Below are positions 8,316 through 18,029 of a DNA stretch of 64,000 nucleotides, in pieces. The translations under genes were made by a program, and so were the position numbers. The notes under the pieces are model-generated. The model was not told where the DNA came from. It searched no databases and saw nothing but the letters and a program-made list of their open reading frames with translations. Position 1 is the first letter of the stretch; each line of letters opens with the position of its first letter. The stretch spans positions 169-64,168 of the forward strand of contig CAZMED010000001.1 in NCBI GenBank assembly GCA_964565045.1, written 5' to 3'. This DNA comes from an uncultured Thermoanaerobaculia bacterium. Its GTDB lineage: Bacteria > Acidobacteriota > Thermoanaerobaculia > Thermoanaerobaculales > Sulfomarinibacteraceae.

Positions 8316-10271
8316 ATGGCTCTCAAGTGGCTGCGAGACAACCTGCGTCACCTCAAGTTCATTCTCTGGGGCGTGGTGGCGGTGTTCGTGCTCCTCGTGT
8401 TCGTCGACTGGGGCGCCGGTCGCGCCGGCCCGCAGGGCAGCGGGAACGCGGCCGTCCGGGTCGGGAGCACTTCCATTTCGGAGCAGGAGTTCCTCAACGA
8501 GATGCGACGGCTCGACCAGCGCTTCTCGCAGATCTACGGCGAGCAGTGGAATGAGCTGCGGTCGCAGGTGGACCTCGCCGGGCAGACCGCCAACTACTTC
8601 ATCGATCGCGAGCTGCAGCTCGCCGAGGCCAGGCGGATCGGACTCACGGTGTCGCCCGAGGAGCTGCGCGAGTCGATTCTCGCCAACCCGTCCTTCCAAC
8701 GCGAGGACGGGACGTTCGTCGGCGCCGAGACCTACGAGCGCATCGTGCGCGGGTACTTCCGGATGTCGACGCAGGAGTTCGAGCAGCGCCTCACCGAGGA
8801 TTTGATCATCGGCAAGCTGAACACCCTCGCGGAGCGCAGCGCGTGGGTCGGCGACGCCGAAGTCGAGCGCGAGTACCGCCGTCAGCAGGAGCGCGCGGAC
8901 CTCGAGGTCGTGCAGGTGCGCTACGAGCCCTACCTCTCCGACGTGACGGTCGACGAGGCCGAGGCGCGCGCGGCGTACGAGCAGTCGAAGGAGGACTACC
9001 GGCGCGACGAGGAGCGCCTCATCCGTTACCTGCTGGTGGAGACATCGAAGCTTCGTCGCCTGCTGCCGGTCGAAGAGGACGAGCTCCGCGCCTACTACGA
9101 GGAGCACAAGGACGAGTACCTCGAGGGCGAGCAGGCCAACGCCCGCCACATCCTGATCCGCGTCGCCCCCGACGCCGACGAAGCGACGCGCACGGATGCC
9201 GAGCTCCTCGCCAACGGGGTTGCGAAGATCGCGCGATCGGGCGCCGACTTCGCCGAGCTCGCGGCCAAGCACTCGCAGGACCCGGGTTCCAAGGACTCCG
9301 GCGGCGACCTCGGCTGGTTCGGCCGCGGACGGATGGTGCAGGAGTTCGAGGACGCGGTCTTCGCGGCCAAGCCGGGCGAGATCGTGGGCCCCATCAAGAG
9401 TCAGTTCGGCTACCACATCATCCGCGTCGAAGGCTTCCGGCCCGAGCACCAGCGGCCCTTCGAGGAGGTCGAGGAGCAGGTCCGGTTCGCCGTTGTCGAG
9501 GGGCGTGCGACGGCGGAGGCGGAGACCCGGGCTGCGGTCCTGGCGCGCCGGGTGCGGGCGGAGCCTCCCGCCAGCGAGGAGGCCTGGCAGGCGATCGCCG
9601 ACGAGGACGAGGCGGTGGTCCTCAATCAGAGCCCGTTGTTCGCCGCCGGCGAACCGATCCCTGGCGCCGCCCAGGACGGCTCGCTGGCCGACGCCGCCTT
9701 CGCGGCCGAGGTCGGCGAGATCGGCGGCCCGGTGGCGGTCCCGCGCGGCTGGATGGTGTGGCAGCTGGCGGAGGTCCGGCCCGAGGGCGTGCGTCCCTTC
9801 GACGAGGTCCGCGTCGAAGTCGAGCAGGCGCTGCGCAAGGACAAGGCCATGGAGCGTGCGCGGGAGCAGGCGCGCGACCTCGTCGCCCGCTGGCGCGAGG
9901 GTGCGGAACCTGCGGTGCTGGCCGACGAGGTCGGGAGCACCGTCACCGAGGTGTCCGACTACCGCCGCGGCTCGGCGCTCGACACGCTCGGCGTCGTGCC
10001 GGCAGTCGACGGCGCGGTCTTCGCCGCGGGCGGCGGCGAGGTCCTCGACCCGATCGATGCCGGGCCGCGCGGGGTCATGGTGGTCAAGGTCGGCGCGCTC
10101 GAGCTTGCCGATCCGGCGGGGTTCGAAGCCGAGAAGGAAGGCCTCAGGGCCCGGCTGATGGCCCAGAAGGCGGCCCAGCTCATGCGCGCGACCCTCAACG
10201 AACGCCGGCGCGACACCGTCGTCGAGGTCGACAACGAGCTCCTGCAGAGATTCGCTCCCGCCAGCTCATGA
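8316..10271 (+). CDS. ppiD: Periplasmic chaperone / parvulin-type peptidyl-prolyl isomerase (PpiD/SurA-like)
   Basis: N-terminal anchor LKFILWGVVAVFVLLVFV, a SurA_N-like region, and a parvulin signature ARHILIRV...GGDLGWFGRGRMVQEFEDAVF...QFGYHIIRVEG. A GGTGGAGGA RBS precedes ATG 8316. Confidence 0.8.
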   Translation: MALKWLRDNLRHLKFILWGVVAVFVLLVFVDWGAGRAGPQGSGNAAVRVGSTSISEQEFLNEMRRLDQRFSQIYGEQWNELRSQVDLAGQTANYFIDRELQLAEARRIGLTVSPEELRESILANPSFQREDGTFVGAETYERIVRGYFRMSTQEFEQRLTEDLIIGKLNTLAERSAWVGDAEVEREYRRQQERADLEVVQVRYEPYLSDVTVDEAEARAAYEQSKEDYRRDEERLIRYLLVETSKLRRLLPVEEDELRAYYEEHKDEYLEGEQANARHILIRVAPDADEATRTDAELLANGVAKIARSGADFAELAAKHSQDPGSKDSGGDLGWFGRGRMVQEFEDAVFAAKPGEIVGPIKSQFGYHIIRVEGFRPEHQRPFEEVEEQVRFAVVEGRATAEAETRAAVLARRVRAEPPASEEAWQAIADEDEAVVLNQSPLFAAGEPIPGAAQDGSLADAAFAAEVGEIGGPVAVPRGWMVWQLAEVRPEGVRPFDEVRVEVEQALRKDKAMERAREQARDLVARWREGAEPAVLADEVGSTVTEVSDYRRGSALDTLGVVPAVDGAVFAAGGGEVLDPIDAGPRGVMVVKVGALELADPAGFEAEKEGLRARLMAQKAAQLMRATLNERRRDTVVEVDNELLQRFAPASS

Positions 10272-10834
10272 TCGGACGCCTCGAGGGTCGGCTGCACCGG
10301 GTCGGTCTCGGCACGGTGCTGATCGACGCCGGCGGCGTCGGATACCAGGTGGCGACGACCCTGCGAGCGCTGCAGGACGCCGCCGACGGCGACCGGGTGG
10401 TGCTCTGGATCCACACCCAGGTGCGTGACGATGCCATCGTCCTCTTCGGCTTCCCGGAGCGCGCGGAGCTCGACGCCTTCGAGAAGCTGATCGCCGTGGC
10501 CGGGGTCGGCCCGCGGACCGCGCTCGGCGTGCTGTCGGCGATGACCGCGCCGGAGCTCGCCGAAGCGGTAGGTCGGGGGGACCTGGCGAGGCTGCAGCGC
10601 AGCCCGGGAGTCGGGCGCAAGACCGCGGAGCGCATCGTGCTCGAGCTCAAGGACCGGCTCGGTCCGGCGGCTGCCTCGAGCGGCGACCTCCGGGAAGACG
10701 CCGCCTCGGCGCTGATCAACCTCGGCTACAGCCAGCGCGACGCGGCGCGGGCGGTGGAGGCTGTGTGGTCCGAGGCCGGCGAGCGCGAGGTCGGCGAGAT
10801 CCTGCGGCTCGCGCTGCGGCGGCTCATGAAGTAG
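10268..10834 (+). CDS. ruvA: Holliday junction DNA helicase subunit RuvA
   Basis: MIGRLEGRLHRVGLGTVLIDAGGVGYQV... with HhH motifs (GVGPRTA, GVGRKTAERIVLELK). Its start overlaps the ppiD stop (ATGA). Confidence 0.9.
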   Translation: MIGRLEGRLHRVGLGTVLIDAGGVGYQVATTLRALQDAADGDRVVLWIHTQVRDDAIVLFGFPERAELDAFEKLIAVAGVGPRTALGVLSAMTAPELAEAVGRGDLARLQRSPGVGRKTAERIVLELKDRLGPAAASSGDLREDAASALINLGYSQRDAARAVEAVWSEAGEREVGEILRLALRRLMK

Positions 10835-11026
10835 TGCCGCCCGACCACCCGCCCACACGATGTTTGTCCTTGGATTTTGGATTCGCCCACCCGCCCGCTG
10901 ACGATTCGCTGGGCTGGGAATTTCATCTGTTGCATCCAACATCCAGGATCCGGCATCGAGCACCTCGCCGCTCGCGAACCGACTCCCCGTACCCAACCTC
11001 GCCCCCGATAGAGTAGAGTCGATCCC

Positions 11027-12061
11027 ATGAGTGACGAGGTCCTGACCGGCGACCCGCGGCCCGACGAGCGGCCGTTCGAAGAGAGCCTGCGCCCCCGGCG
11101 GCTGGAGGAGTTCGTCGGCCAGCAGCGCCTGAAGACCAACCTGGGCGTGTTCGTCAATGCGGCGCGCCACCGCAACGAGGCGCTCGACCACACCCTGTTC
11201 TTCGGGCCGCCGGGGCTCGGCAAGACGACGCTGGCGCACATCATCGCCAACGAGATGGACGCGCACCTCCACCTGAGCTCGGGTCCGGTGCTCGAGCGCG
11301 CCGGCGACCTCGCCGCGATCCTCACCAATCTGCAGGCCGGCGATGTCCTCTTCATCGACGAGATCCACCGCCTGCCGCCGACGGTCGAGGAGATTCTCTA
11401 CCCGGCGATGGAGGACTTCGAGCTCGATCTCATGATCGGCCAGGGGCCGGCGGCGCGCAGCGTGCGCCTCAGCCTGCCGCGCTTCACGCTGGTCGGGGCG
11501 ACGACCCGGACCAGCCTGCTCGCCGCGCCGCTGCGGGACCGCTTCGGCATCGTGCACCGCCTCGAGTTCTACCCGGGCGACGACCTGGCGGTGATCGTCA
11601 ACCGCTCCGCGGCCATCCTCGGCATCACGATCGCCGACGACGCCGCGGCCGAGCTCGCGCGCCGCGCCCGCGGCACGCCGCGCATCGCCAACCGATTGCT
11701 GCGCCGGGTGCGCGACTTCGCCCACCACCTCGGCTCCGGGACGGTGACCCTGGAGGCCGCCGCCTGGGGCCTCGAGCAGATGGAGGTCGACGCCTACGGC
11801 CTCGACAACCTCGACCGCCAGCTGCTGTCGACCATCATCGACGTCTACGGCGGCGGCCCGGTCGGGCTCAAAGCCCTGGCCTCCTCGATCGGCGAGGACC
11901 GCGGCACCCTCGAGGACATCCACGAGCCCTACCTGCTGCAGATCGGCATGCTGCAGCGCACGCCGCGGGGGCGCACGGTGACTGCCCGCGCCTACCATCA
12001 CCTCGGGCTCGAGGCGCAGGCGCCGTCGGCCCCCCTGTTCGACGGGACGGAGCGCGATTGA
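11027..12061 (+). CDS. ruvB: Holliday junction branch-migration ATPase RuvB
   Basis: [12 protein letters not shown], Walker [12 protein letters not shown], Walker [10 protein letters not shown], and GATTR sensor. Confidence 0.95.
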   Translation: MSDEVLTGDPRPDERPFEESLRPRRLEEFVGQQRLKTNLGVFVNAARHRNEALDHTLFFGPPGLGKTTLAHIIANEMDAHLHLSSGPVLERAGDLAAILTNLQAGDVLFIDEIHRLPPTVEEILYPAMEDFELDLMIGQGPAARSVRLSLPRFTLVGATTRTSLLAAPLRDRFGIVHRLEFYPGDDLAVIVNRSAAILGITIADDAAAELARRARGTPRIANRLLRRVRDFAHHLGSGTVTLEAAAWGLEQMEVDAYGLDNLDRQLLSTIIDVYGGGPVGLKALASSIGEDRGTLEDIHEPYLLQIGMLQRTPRGRTVTARAYHHLGLEAQAPSAPLFDGTERD

Positions 12062-12954
12062 TCCCGGTGCCGGTCATCCTCAACCCGGCGGCCGGCGGCG
12101 GCCGGCTGCTGCGCCGCCGGCGCCGGCTTCTCGCCGCGGCGGCGGCCGCCGACGTCAAGCTCGAGTTCCGGGCCACAGGGGCGCCCGGTCATGCCTCGGA
12201 GCTCGCGGCAGAGGCCGCCGCCGCGGGGGCTCCGCTGGTCCTCGCCTACGGCGGGGATGGCACCTACAACGAGGTCGCGCGCGGGTTGGTCGGCAGCGCC
12301 ACCGCCATGGGCGTGCTGCCCGGCGGCACGACCTCGGTCCTGGCCTACGAGCTCGGCGTCCCGCGCCCGGCGGAGCGCGCGCTCGCCGCCCTCCTCACCG
12401 GAGAGGACCGCGCGATGCGGGTCGGCCGCAGCGACCGTGGAGACCTGGTGCTGCTCATGCTCTCGGCCGGCCCCGACTCCTACGTGCTCGAGCGCCTGCG
12501 GCCCTCCTTGAAGCGCTGCGGGGGCAGGGTCGGCGTCGCCCTCCAGGGCGTCCTCGAGGTTTTCGGCCCGGGCGCCCTCCCCCGCCTGCGAATGACCGTC
12601 GACGGCGACGTCGCCGAGGTCGGCTGGGCCATCGTCGGGAAATCACGCTGCTACGGCGGCCCCTTCCGCGCGACGCCCGGCGCCGACCCCTTCCGCGGCG
12701 ATCTCGAGGTCGTGGCGCAGCGGAGCTCGGGTCGGTGGGCGGCGCTGTCCTTCCTCGGCGGGATTCCCCGCGGCCGCCACGTGCTGCGCCCCGACGTGGT
12801 CCGCCGCCGCGTCGAACGCGTGCTCCTCGAGGCCGCGCCGGGCGCCCCCGCCGTCCCCTACCAGGTCGACGGCGACGTGGTGGGCGTGCTCCCGGTGGAG
12901 CTCGGCCTCGACCCGCGGCCGCTGCAGGTCCGGATGCCGCGGACGGCGCGCTGA
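12058..12954 (+). CDS. Diacylglycerol/lipid kinase family protein (YegS/DAGK catalytic domain)
   Basis: [10 protein letters not shown]...[18 protein letters not shown]...[13 protein letters not shown] (GGDGT motif). A TTG/GTG start overlaps the ruvB stop. Confidence 0.75.
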   Translation: MIPVPVILNPAAGGGRLLRRRRRLLAAAAAADVKLEFRATGAPGHASELAAEAAAAGAPLVLAYGGDGTYNEVARGLVGSATAMGVLPGGTTSVLAYELGVPRPAERALAALLTGEDRAMRVGRSDRGDLVLLMLSAGPDSYVLERLRPSLKRCGGRVGVALQGVLEVFGPGALPRLRMTVDGDVAEVGWAIVGKSRCYGGPFRATPGADPFRGDLEVVAQRSSGRWAALSFLGGIPRGRHVLRPDVVRRRVERVLLEAAPGAPAVPYQVDGDVVGVLPVELGLDPRPLQVRMPRTAR

Positions 12955-12982
12955 TCACGAGCCCGCGGCGACGGCGGGCGGC

Positions 12983-13912
12983 TCAGAGGTCCGCGAAGAG
13001 GTCGGTCGAAATGTAGCGCTCGGAGGTCGAGGGCACGACGAACACGATCAGCTTGCCCGCCATCTCGGCGCGACCGGCGAGCTCGAGGGCGGCCGCACAG
13101 GCCGCGCCGGACGAGATCCCGGCCAGGATGCCCTCCTCGCTGGCGAGACGGCGCGCGGTCGCGAACGCGGTCTCGTTGGCGACCGCGATCACCTCGTCGA
13201 TCACTCCGGGGTCGAGGTTGTCGGGGACGAAGCCGGCCCCGATGCCCTGGATCTTGTGCGAACCGGGCTCGCCGCCCGACAGCACCGGCGAGGCCGAAGG
13301 CTCCACGGCGACGATGCGCACGCCCGGCCGCCGCTGCCGCCACACCCGCCCGACGCCGGTCAGGGTGCCGCCGGTGCCGACCCCTGCGACGAACGCGTCC
13401 ATCTGCCCGTCGGTGTCGCGCCACAGCTCGAGGGCGGTGGTCGAGGCGTGAACCTCCGGGTTGGCGGGGTTCGAGAACTGGCGCGCGAGGACCGCACCCG
13501 GGGTCGCAGCGAGCAACTCCTCGGCGCGGGCGTTGGCCCCGCGCATGCCCTCCGCGGCCGGGGTGAGGTGAATCTCGGCGCCGAGCAGCTTGAGGACCTT
13601 GCGGCGCTCCAGCGACATCGACTCCGGCATGGTGAGGACGCAACGGTAGCCGCGGGCGGCGGCCACCATCGCGAGGGCGACGCCGGTGTTGCCCGAGGTC
13701 GACTCGATGATCGTCGACTCGCCCGGCACGAGCAGGCCCTGGCGCTCGAGGTCGTCCACCATGGCGACCCCGATGCGGTCCTTGACCGAGTGCGCGGGGT
13801 TGAAGAACTCGAGCTTCGCCACCACCCGGGCGCCGAGACCCTCCGCCATGCGGTTGAGCCGGACCAGGGGGGTGTTGCCCATCAGACGCGTGATATCGGA
13901 TGCGATGTTCAT
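12983..13912 (-). CDS. cysK: Cysteine synthase A (O-acetylserine sulfhydrylase)
   Basis: [15 protein letters not shown]..., PLP-lysine motif [11 protein letters not shown], and GTGGTLTG loop. Confidence 0.92.
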   Translation of the reverse strand: MNIASDITRLMGNTPLVRLNRMAEGLGARVVAKLEFFNPAHSVKDRIGVAMVDDLERQGLLVPGESTIIESTSGNTGVALAMVAAARGYRCVLTMPESMSLERRKVLKLLGAEIHLTPAAEGMRGANARAEELLAATPGAVLARQFSNPANPEVHASTTALELWRDTDGQMDAFVAGVGTGGTLTGVGRVWRQRRPGVRIVAVEPSASPVLSGGEPGSHKIQGIGAGFVPDNLDPGVIDEVIAVANETAFATARRLASEEGILAGISSGAACAAALELAGRAEMAGKLIVFVVPSTSERYISTDLFADL

Positions 13913-14012
13913 GCTGACCGCCTATCTCCCCTCTCACAACCGCTGCCAGACGGGCCTTGTTCCAATGGGCGGCCAACCTCCGGTGGGTTACAATGTCAGG
14001 CGGGGAGGAGCC

Positions 14013-15002
14013 GTGGATTTTCTCGAAACGATCGAGGAGCGTGCGTCCGCCGTCGGCGGCCGCGTCGTCCTCGCCGAAGGGCACGATGCCCGCATCGTCG
14101 AGGCGGCGTCCGAGTTGGTTTCCCGACAGCTGTGCGAGGTCACGGTGCTGTGTCCCTCCGCGAGCCGGCAGGCCGCCCACGAGAAGCTGGAGGCATCCGG
14201 CATCGAGGTCGCGGACCCGGCGACCGATGAACGCCGGGAGGTGCTCGCGCAGTACCTCTTGGAACGCCGCAAGGGCAAGGGCCTGACGTTGGAGCAGGCG
14301 CGATCGGCGATCGAGGACCCCCTCTACTTCGCCTCGCTCCTGGTCGCCACCGGTGCCGCCGACGCCTCGGTCGGCGGCGCGGTGCGCACCACCGCCGACA
14401 CGGTGCGCGCGGCCCTGCACTGCATCGGCGCCGCAGAGGGCCTGCGGACGGTGTCCTCGGCCTTCATCATGGTCCACCCGGATCCCTCCTGGGGGGACGG
14501 GGGCGTGATGGTGTTCGCCGACTGTGCGGTGCTGCCGGATCCCGACCCCGTGCAGCTGGCCGAGATCGCGGTCTCCGCCGCCGCCACCTTCCGCTCCATC
14601 GTCGGCGGCGAGCCCCGGGTCGCGATGCTCTCGTTCTCCACCAAGGGCTCGGCGACGCATGCCCTGGTCGACAAGGTCACGGCCGCGTGCGCCGAGCTCG
14701 AGCGGCGCAAGCCCGGGTTCGCCTTCGACGGCGAGCTCCAGCTCGACGCCGCGTTGATTCCCGGCATCGGCGAACGCAAGGCCCCGGGCTCCGCCGTCGC
14801 GGGGCGGGCCAACGTGCTCGTCTTCCCCGATCTCAACGCCGGCAACATCACCTACAAGGCGGCCGAGCGCCTCGGCGGGGCGCGGGCGTTGGGGCCGCTC
14901 ATGCAGGGCCTCGCCAAGCCGGCCAACGATCTCAGCCGCGGCTGCTCCGCGGGCGACGTGGTGCAGACCAGCCTCCTCAGCCTGCTGCAGGCGCGGGGCT
15001 GA
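14013..15002 (+). CDS. pta: Phosphate acetyltransferase
   Basis: RVVLAEGHDARIVEAA..., SVGGAVRTTADTVRAAL, and C-terminal ANDLSRGCS. GTG 14013 is preceded by GGGGAGGAG; an alternative in-frame ATG lies at 13965. Confidence 0.85.
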   Translation: MDFLETIEERASAVGGRVVLAEGHDARIVEAASELVSRQLCEVTVLCPSASRQAAHEKLEASGIEVADPATDERREVLAQYLLERRKGKGLTLEQARSAIEDPLYFASLLVATGAADASVGGAVRTTADTVRAALHCIGAAEGLRTVSSAFIMVHPDPSWGDGGVMVFADCAVLPDPDPVQLAEIAVSAAATFRSIVGGEPRVAMLSFSTKGSATHALVDKVTAACAELERRKPGFAFDGELQLDAALIPGIGERKAPGSAVAGRANVLVFPDLNAGNITYKAAERLGGARALGPLMQGLAKPANDLSRGCSAGDVVQTSLLSLLQARG

Positions 15003-15006
15003 CGGC

Positions 15007-16305
15007 ATGAGGGTCCTGGTCCTCGGCTCGGGCGCGCGCGAGCACGCGATCGTTCATGCGCTCCGCCGCTCGCCGGGTGTCGCCGCCGTCTTCGCCGCGC
15101 CCGGCAACCCCGGGATCGCCCGCGCCGCCGATTGTCTGCCGGTCTCGGCCGACGACCTGCCGAGCGTCGCCGAGGCGGCCGCGGACCTCAAGATCGACGT
15201 CACCATCGTCGGCCCCGAGCTGCCGCTGGCGCTCGGCATCGGCGACGAGTTCGCCCACCGGGGCCTGCGCCTCTTCGGGCCGCGCCGGGACGCCGCCGCC
15301 CTCGAGTCGAGCAAGGTCTTCGCCAAGGAGTTCTGCCGCCGTCACGACATCCCGACCGCCGACGGACGATGCGTGCGGTCGCAGGACGAGGCGGTGGCCG
15401 CGGCCCGCGAGCTCGGCCTGCCGGTGGTCTTCAAGGCCGACGGGCTGGCGGCCGGCAAGGGCGTGTTGATCGTGCGCAACGCCGACGACCTCGAGCGTGC
15501 TGTCGATGTTTTCTTCGTGCAGCGCCGCTTCGGCGACGCTGCCGAGCGGGTCCTCGTCGAGGAGTGTCTGGAGGGCGACGAGGTGTCGTACATGGTGATC
15601 ACGGATGGCACGCGCGTGCTGCCCATTGCCACCTCCCACGACTACAAGCGAGCGCGCGACAACGATGAAGGCTCCAACACCGGCGGCATGGGGGCGCACT
15701 CACCGGCCCTGGTCATCCCACCAGGCACCAGCCGCCTGATCCTCGACACGGTCGTCAAACCGACCATCGCGGGCATGGCGGCGGAGGGGCGGGAGTACCG
15801 CGGGGTGCTGTATGCCGGGTTGATGATGACCTCAGGAGGTCCCCGCGTGCTGGAGTTCAACTGCCGCCTCGGCGATCCGGAGACTCAGGCCATCTTCCTC
15901 CGCCTCGAAGACAACATCGCCACCGTGGCCCGCGATGCCGCCGACGGTGCGCTGCAGACCGCGAGCATGAAGTGGCGCAAGGAAGCGGTCGCCTGCGTCG
16001 TCCTCGCCGCCGAGGGCTACCCGGGCAGCCCGCGGCGCGGCGACGAGATCACCGGCATCGACGACGCGATGGCGCTGGCCGGGGTCACCGTCTACCACGC
16101 CGGCACCCGCACCGGCGACGACGACCGCCTGCTGACCTCCGGCGGCCGGGTGCTCTCGGTGTGCGGCCGCGGGCCGACCCTCGAGGAGGCCCTGGAGTCG
16201 GCCTACGGCGGCGTGTCCAAGATCCACTTCGAGGGCATGTGGTACCGCTCGGACATCGGGCGCGACACCCTGCGGACCCTGGGGGCCTCCAATGAGCGCG
16301 CCTGA
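15007..16305 (+). CDS. purD: Phosphoribosylamine-glycine ligase
   Basis: MRVLVLGSGAREHAI...APGNPGIA..., an ATP-grasp core, and GTRTGDDDRLLTSGGRVL. Confidence 0.95.
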   Translation: MRVLVLGSGAREHAIVHALRRSPGVAAVFAAPGNPGIARAADCLPVSADDLPSVAEAAADLKIDVTIVGPELPLALGIGDEFAHRGLRLFGPRRDAAALESSKVFAKEFCRRHDIPTADGRCVRSQDEAVAAARELGLPVVFKADGLAAGKGVLIVRNADDLERAVDVFFVQRRFGDAAERVLVEECLEGDEVSYMVITDGTRVLPIATSHDYKRARDNDEGSNTGGMGAHSPALVIPPGTSRLILDTVVKPTIAGMAAEGREYRGVLYAGLMMTSGGPRVLEFNCRLGDPETQAIFLRLEDNIATVARDAADGALQTASMKWRKEAVACVVLAAEGYPGSPRRGDEITGIDDAMALAGVTVYHAGTRTGDDDRLLTSGGRVLSVCGRGPTLEEALESAYGGVSKIHFEGMWYRSDIGRDTLRTLGASNERA

Positions 16306-16810
16306 GGTCCTCATCCTGATGGGATCGGGCAGCGACTGGAAGCACCTCCAGGGTGCGGTCGCGGTTCTGCGCGAGCTCGGCGTGAGCTGCCTTGCGCGCG
16401 TGACCTCGGCCCACCGGACCCCGGAACGGACGGTCGAGATCGTGCGCGCCGCCGAGGCGGAAGGCTGCCGGGTCTTCATCTGCGCCGCCGGGATGGCCGC
16501 GCATCTCGCCGGCGTCGTTGCCGCCCACACCCTGCGACCGGTCCTCGGCGTCCCGCTGCCGGGCGGGGTCCTCGACGGCGTCGACGCCTTGCTCGCGACG
16601 GTGCAGATGCCCTCCGGCATCCCGGTGGCGACCTTCGCGGTCGGCCCCGCGGGCGCCAAGAACGCTGCCTACTTCGCCGCAGCCATCGTTGCCGGCAGCC
16701 GCCCCGAGGTGGCCGACGCATTGTCCGAGGCGCGCCGCGCGGGCCGCGACAAGGTCGTCGAGAGCGACCGCGATGTGGCTTCCGCATCGGGCGGCGGAGA
16801 CCCGACCTGA
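16292..16810 (+). CDS. purE: 5-(carboxyamino)imidazole ribonucleotide mutase
   Basis: VLILMGSGSDW..., SAHRTP, and AGMAAHLAGVVAA. Confidence 0.92.
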   Translation: MSAPEVLILMGSGSDWKHLQGAVAVLRELGVSCLARVTSAHRTPERTVEIVRAAEAEGCRVFICAAGMAAHLAGVVAAHTLRPVLGVPLPGGVLDGVDALLATVQMPSGIPVATFAVGPAGAKNAAYFAAAIVAGSRPEVADALSEARRAGRDKVVESDRDVASASGGGDPT

Positions 16811-17505
16811 TGTTGGAGATCGTCCCGTGGGCGGTCGTGCCGGTGGAGGACGACTGGGTCCCGGTGATGGTCGACCCCGACCTGCCGCCGCTCGCCTGCC
16901 ACACCGGCGACGTCCGCTACCACCACGGCGAGTCGATCGTTGTCGAGACGCCGGACGGAAGCTTTCTCGGCCGGGTGACGGCGTTCTCACCTCCGTTTTT
17001 GAAGAAGCCGCGGCGCCCGGCCGCACGGGTGGTGCGCAGCGCGACGCCCGAGGACGAGAAGCGGCACCTGGATGGGAGCCATCTCGAGCGCGAGATCGAG
17101 CGTTTTTTGAGGCGGCGCACGCGCGAGCTCGAGCTCGAACTGCACCCCTTCAAGGTGCGGCTGCCGTTGTCGGGCCGCAAGGCGGTCATCTACTTCTCGG
17201 CCGAAAAGAGGATCGACTACCGGCCGCTGCAACGCGATCTCGGCCGCCGCTTCAGGCGGCGGATCGAGATGCGCTCGCTCGGCGTTCGCGACGGCGCGAG
17301 GTTGTGCGGCGGCCTCGGACCGTGCGGGCGCTGCCTGTGCTGCACGACCTTCATGGACCGCTTCCACTCGGTCACCGTGCGGATGGCCAAGCGGCAGAAC
17401 CTGAGCCTCAACCCGAGCAAGATCTCGGGTCTCTGCGGCCGCCTCATGTGCTGCTTGTCGCACGAGGTCGACCAGTACCCCGACGGGTCGCGCGGCCGGC
17501 ACTGA
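16810..17505 (+). CDS. PSP1 C-terminal domain protein (YaaT/RicT-like)
   Basis: GRKAVIYFSAEKRIDYRPLQRDL...IEMRSLGVRDGARLCGGLGPCGRCLCCTTF...SKISGLCGRLMCCLSHE (Cys cluster). The ATG overlaps the purE TGA. Confidence 0.8.
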   Translation: MLEIVPWAVVPVEDDWVPVMVDPDLPPLACHTGDVRYHHGESIVVETPDGSFLGRVTAFSPPFLKKPRRPAARVVRSATPEDEKRHLDGSHLEREIERFLRRRTRELELELHPFKVRLPLSGRKAVIYFSAEKRIDYRPLQRDLGRRFRRRIEMRSLGVRDGARLCGGLGPCGRCLCCTTFMDRFHSVTVRMAKRQNLSLNPSKISGLCGRLMCCLSHEVDQYPDGSRGRH

Positions 17506-17633
17506 GCAGCGCCCCCGCCCCTCTCGTCGAGGAAGACAGGCAGCCGCATTTCTGATAACCTGTTCCCCAGAACCTGAAGACTTCATGCTTCCGGATAACT
17601 TCGCCGCACAGCATGGGCCGCGGGGAGAGTTTC

Positions 17634-17972
17634 ATGTCCGATCGAAAGCTGATACGTCCCTCGATGAACGAGTTGATGGACAAGTACCCGAACCGTTCCA
17701 CCGGCCGCCGCAAACAGGCGCCGGCGGAGCAGACGAATGCCGAGAGCTTCTACTATCTCAAGCAGATGCAGAGTCGCACCGCGATGGTCGTGGTGCTGAC
17801 CGACGGCACCGAGCTGCGAGGCTGGATCGAGTGGTACGACAAGACCTGCATCAAGCTCAACCGCGGGGACGCGCCCAATCTGCTGCTCTTCAAACACTCG
17901 ATCAAGTTCATGTTCAAGGAAGAGGAGCTGCGCACCCGCCGCCGGCGGCGCGCCGCCGCCAGCGAACGCTGA
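17634..17972 (+). CDS. Sm-fold, Hfq-like RNA-binding protein with N-terminal extension and Arg-rich tail
   Basis: The core [44 protein letters not shown] parallels Hfq [48 protein letters not shown] lies 8 nt upstream of ATG 17634; an alternative ATG is at 17613. Confidence 0.6.
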   Translation: MSDRKLIRPSMNELMDKYPNRSTGRRKQAPAEQTNAESFYYLKQMQSRTAMVVVLTDGTELRGWIEWYDKTCIKLNRGDAPNLLLFKHSIKFMFKEEELRTRRRRRAAASER

Positions 17973-18029
17973 TCCTCAGCCGGAAGCTCACGCGCCGGAT
18001 TCGCGACGCCTCCCGAACCGGGTGCCGAA

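Noticed and set aside
10860-10901. A 13-codon mini-ORF MFVLGFWIRPPAR as a leader peptide
   Set aside because: There is no RBS, the codon usage is atypical (TTT, CTT, GGA, ATT in a GC3-rich genome), and there is no attenuator structure I could see. It is mentioned only as part of the spacer finding.
13686-14012. The upstream 109 codons of the pta ORF (438 aa in the track)
   Set aside because: This region overlaps the cysK 5' end on the opposite strand. A GGGGAGGAG RBS and GTG at 14013 give a protein of canonical Pta-domain length (~329 aa).
12858-15008. A 716-aa minus ORF across cysK/pta, and the 680-aa minus ORF 9959-12001 across ruvA/ruvB
   Set aside because: They are antisense or off-frame to genes with unmistakable motifs ([16 protein letters not shown]), and their composition is non-protein-like.
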